DNA of 63,663 bases, filler included, from Octopus bimaculoides (lineage: Eukaryota), in the NCBI RefSeq assembly GCF_001194135.2. It is 5 parts of 4 records of this genome, joined end to end, with 100 filler letters (N's around TTAATTAATTAA, not from the genome) between each part and the next. Parts side by side here need not be neighbours in the genome. Positions count along the whole stretch, not along the records: positions 62,107 to 63,663 come from NC_068991.1; 4 more parts are not named here. One strand, 5' to 3'. Position numbers and translations under genes: made by a program. Each line of letters begins with the position of its first letter. Position 1 is the stretch's first letter. The notes beneath the pieces were generated by a model. That model was not told the DNA's origin, searched no databases, and saw nothing but the letters and a program-made list of their open reading frames with translations. This document shows positions 63,485 through 63,663 of the stretch, one piece after another.

Positions 63485-63663
63485 GGTAATACTTACTTTG
63501 CCATTGGTTTCTTTAACTTTTTCTTTCTTTATACATACACACGCTAATACACGACCTATGTTATATTCCCCACTCATGTTGATACAACGACAGGGGCAAA
63601 ACTCGTCGGTATACAGCACTTACTCGGTATTACCTGTGTCTTTAGGGTTTGGTTGACTCCAAT

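Noticed and set aside
63455-63485. Plus-strand 31-nt exon GKSNVTFIGD as the next chromodomain exon
   Set aside because: It lacks the YLVKW-like strand, has a poor pyrimidine tract, and overlaps a repeat-derived hammerhead-like motif.

Overview
AT-rich, microsatellite-dense eukaryotic (animal) genomic DNA with many N gaps. The SINE families and overall texture resemble octopus/coleoid cephalopod sequence; this is from pattern recall, not a database search. Four 100-bp artificial spacers (44 N + TTAATTAATTAA + 44 N) show that the window is five scaffolded pieces, so continuity across them is assumed, not observed. No complete protein-coding gene is visible, and nearly all long ORFs in the track are gap or microsatellite artefacts. 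Most recognisable content is mobile-element debris: three tRNA-headed SINE families, R4/Dong-like and other RLE-type LINEs, CR1/L2-like and RTE-like LINE ends, a Penelope-like element (RT plus GIY-YIG), mariner/Tc1 remnants and a TSD-flanked solo LTR. One credible host exon (60261-60340, +) encodes the start of a chromodomain-like fold. It may be preceded by frame-compatible 7-nt and 5-nt microexon candidates. The most unusual observations are: (1) a 34-nt 5' U6 snRNA fragment retro-inserted with a perfect 16-bp TSD inside a SINE whose own target site is triplicated; (2) five minimal hammerhead-ribozyme-like motifs in Penelope-type terminal repeats, two sharing a compensatory U3-A8 core; (3) a solo LTR inserted just downstream of one of these motifs; (4) inverted SINE pairs around the chromodomain-like exon.
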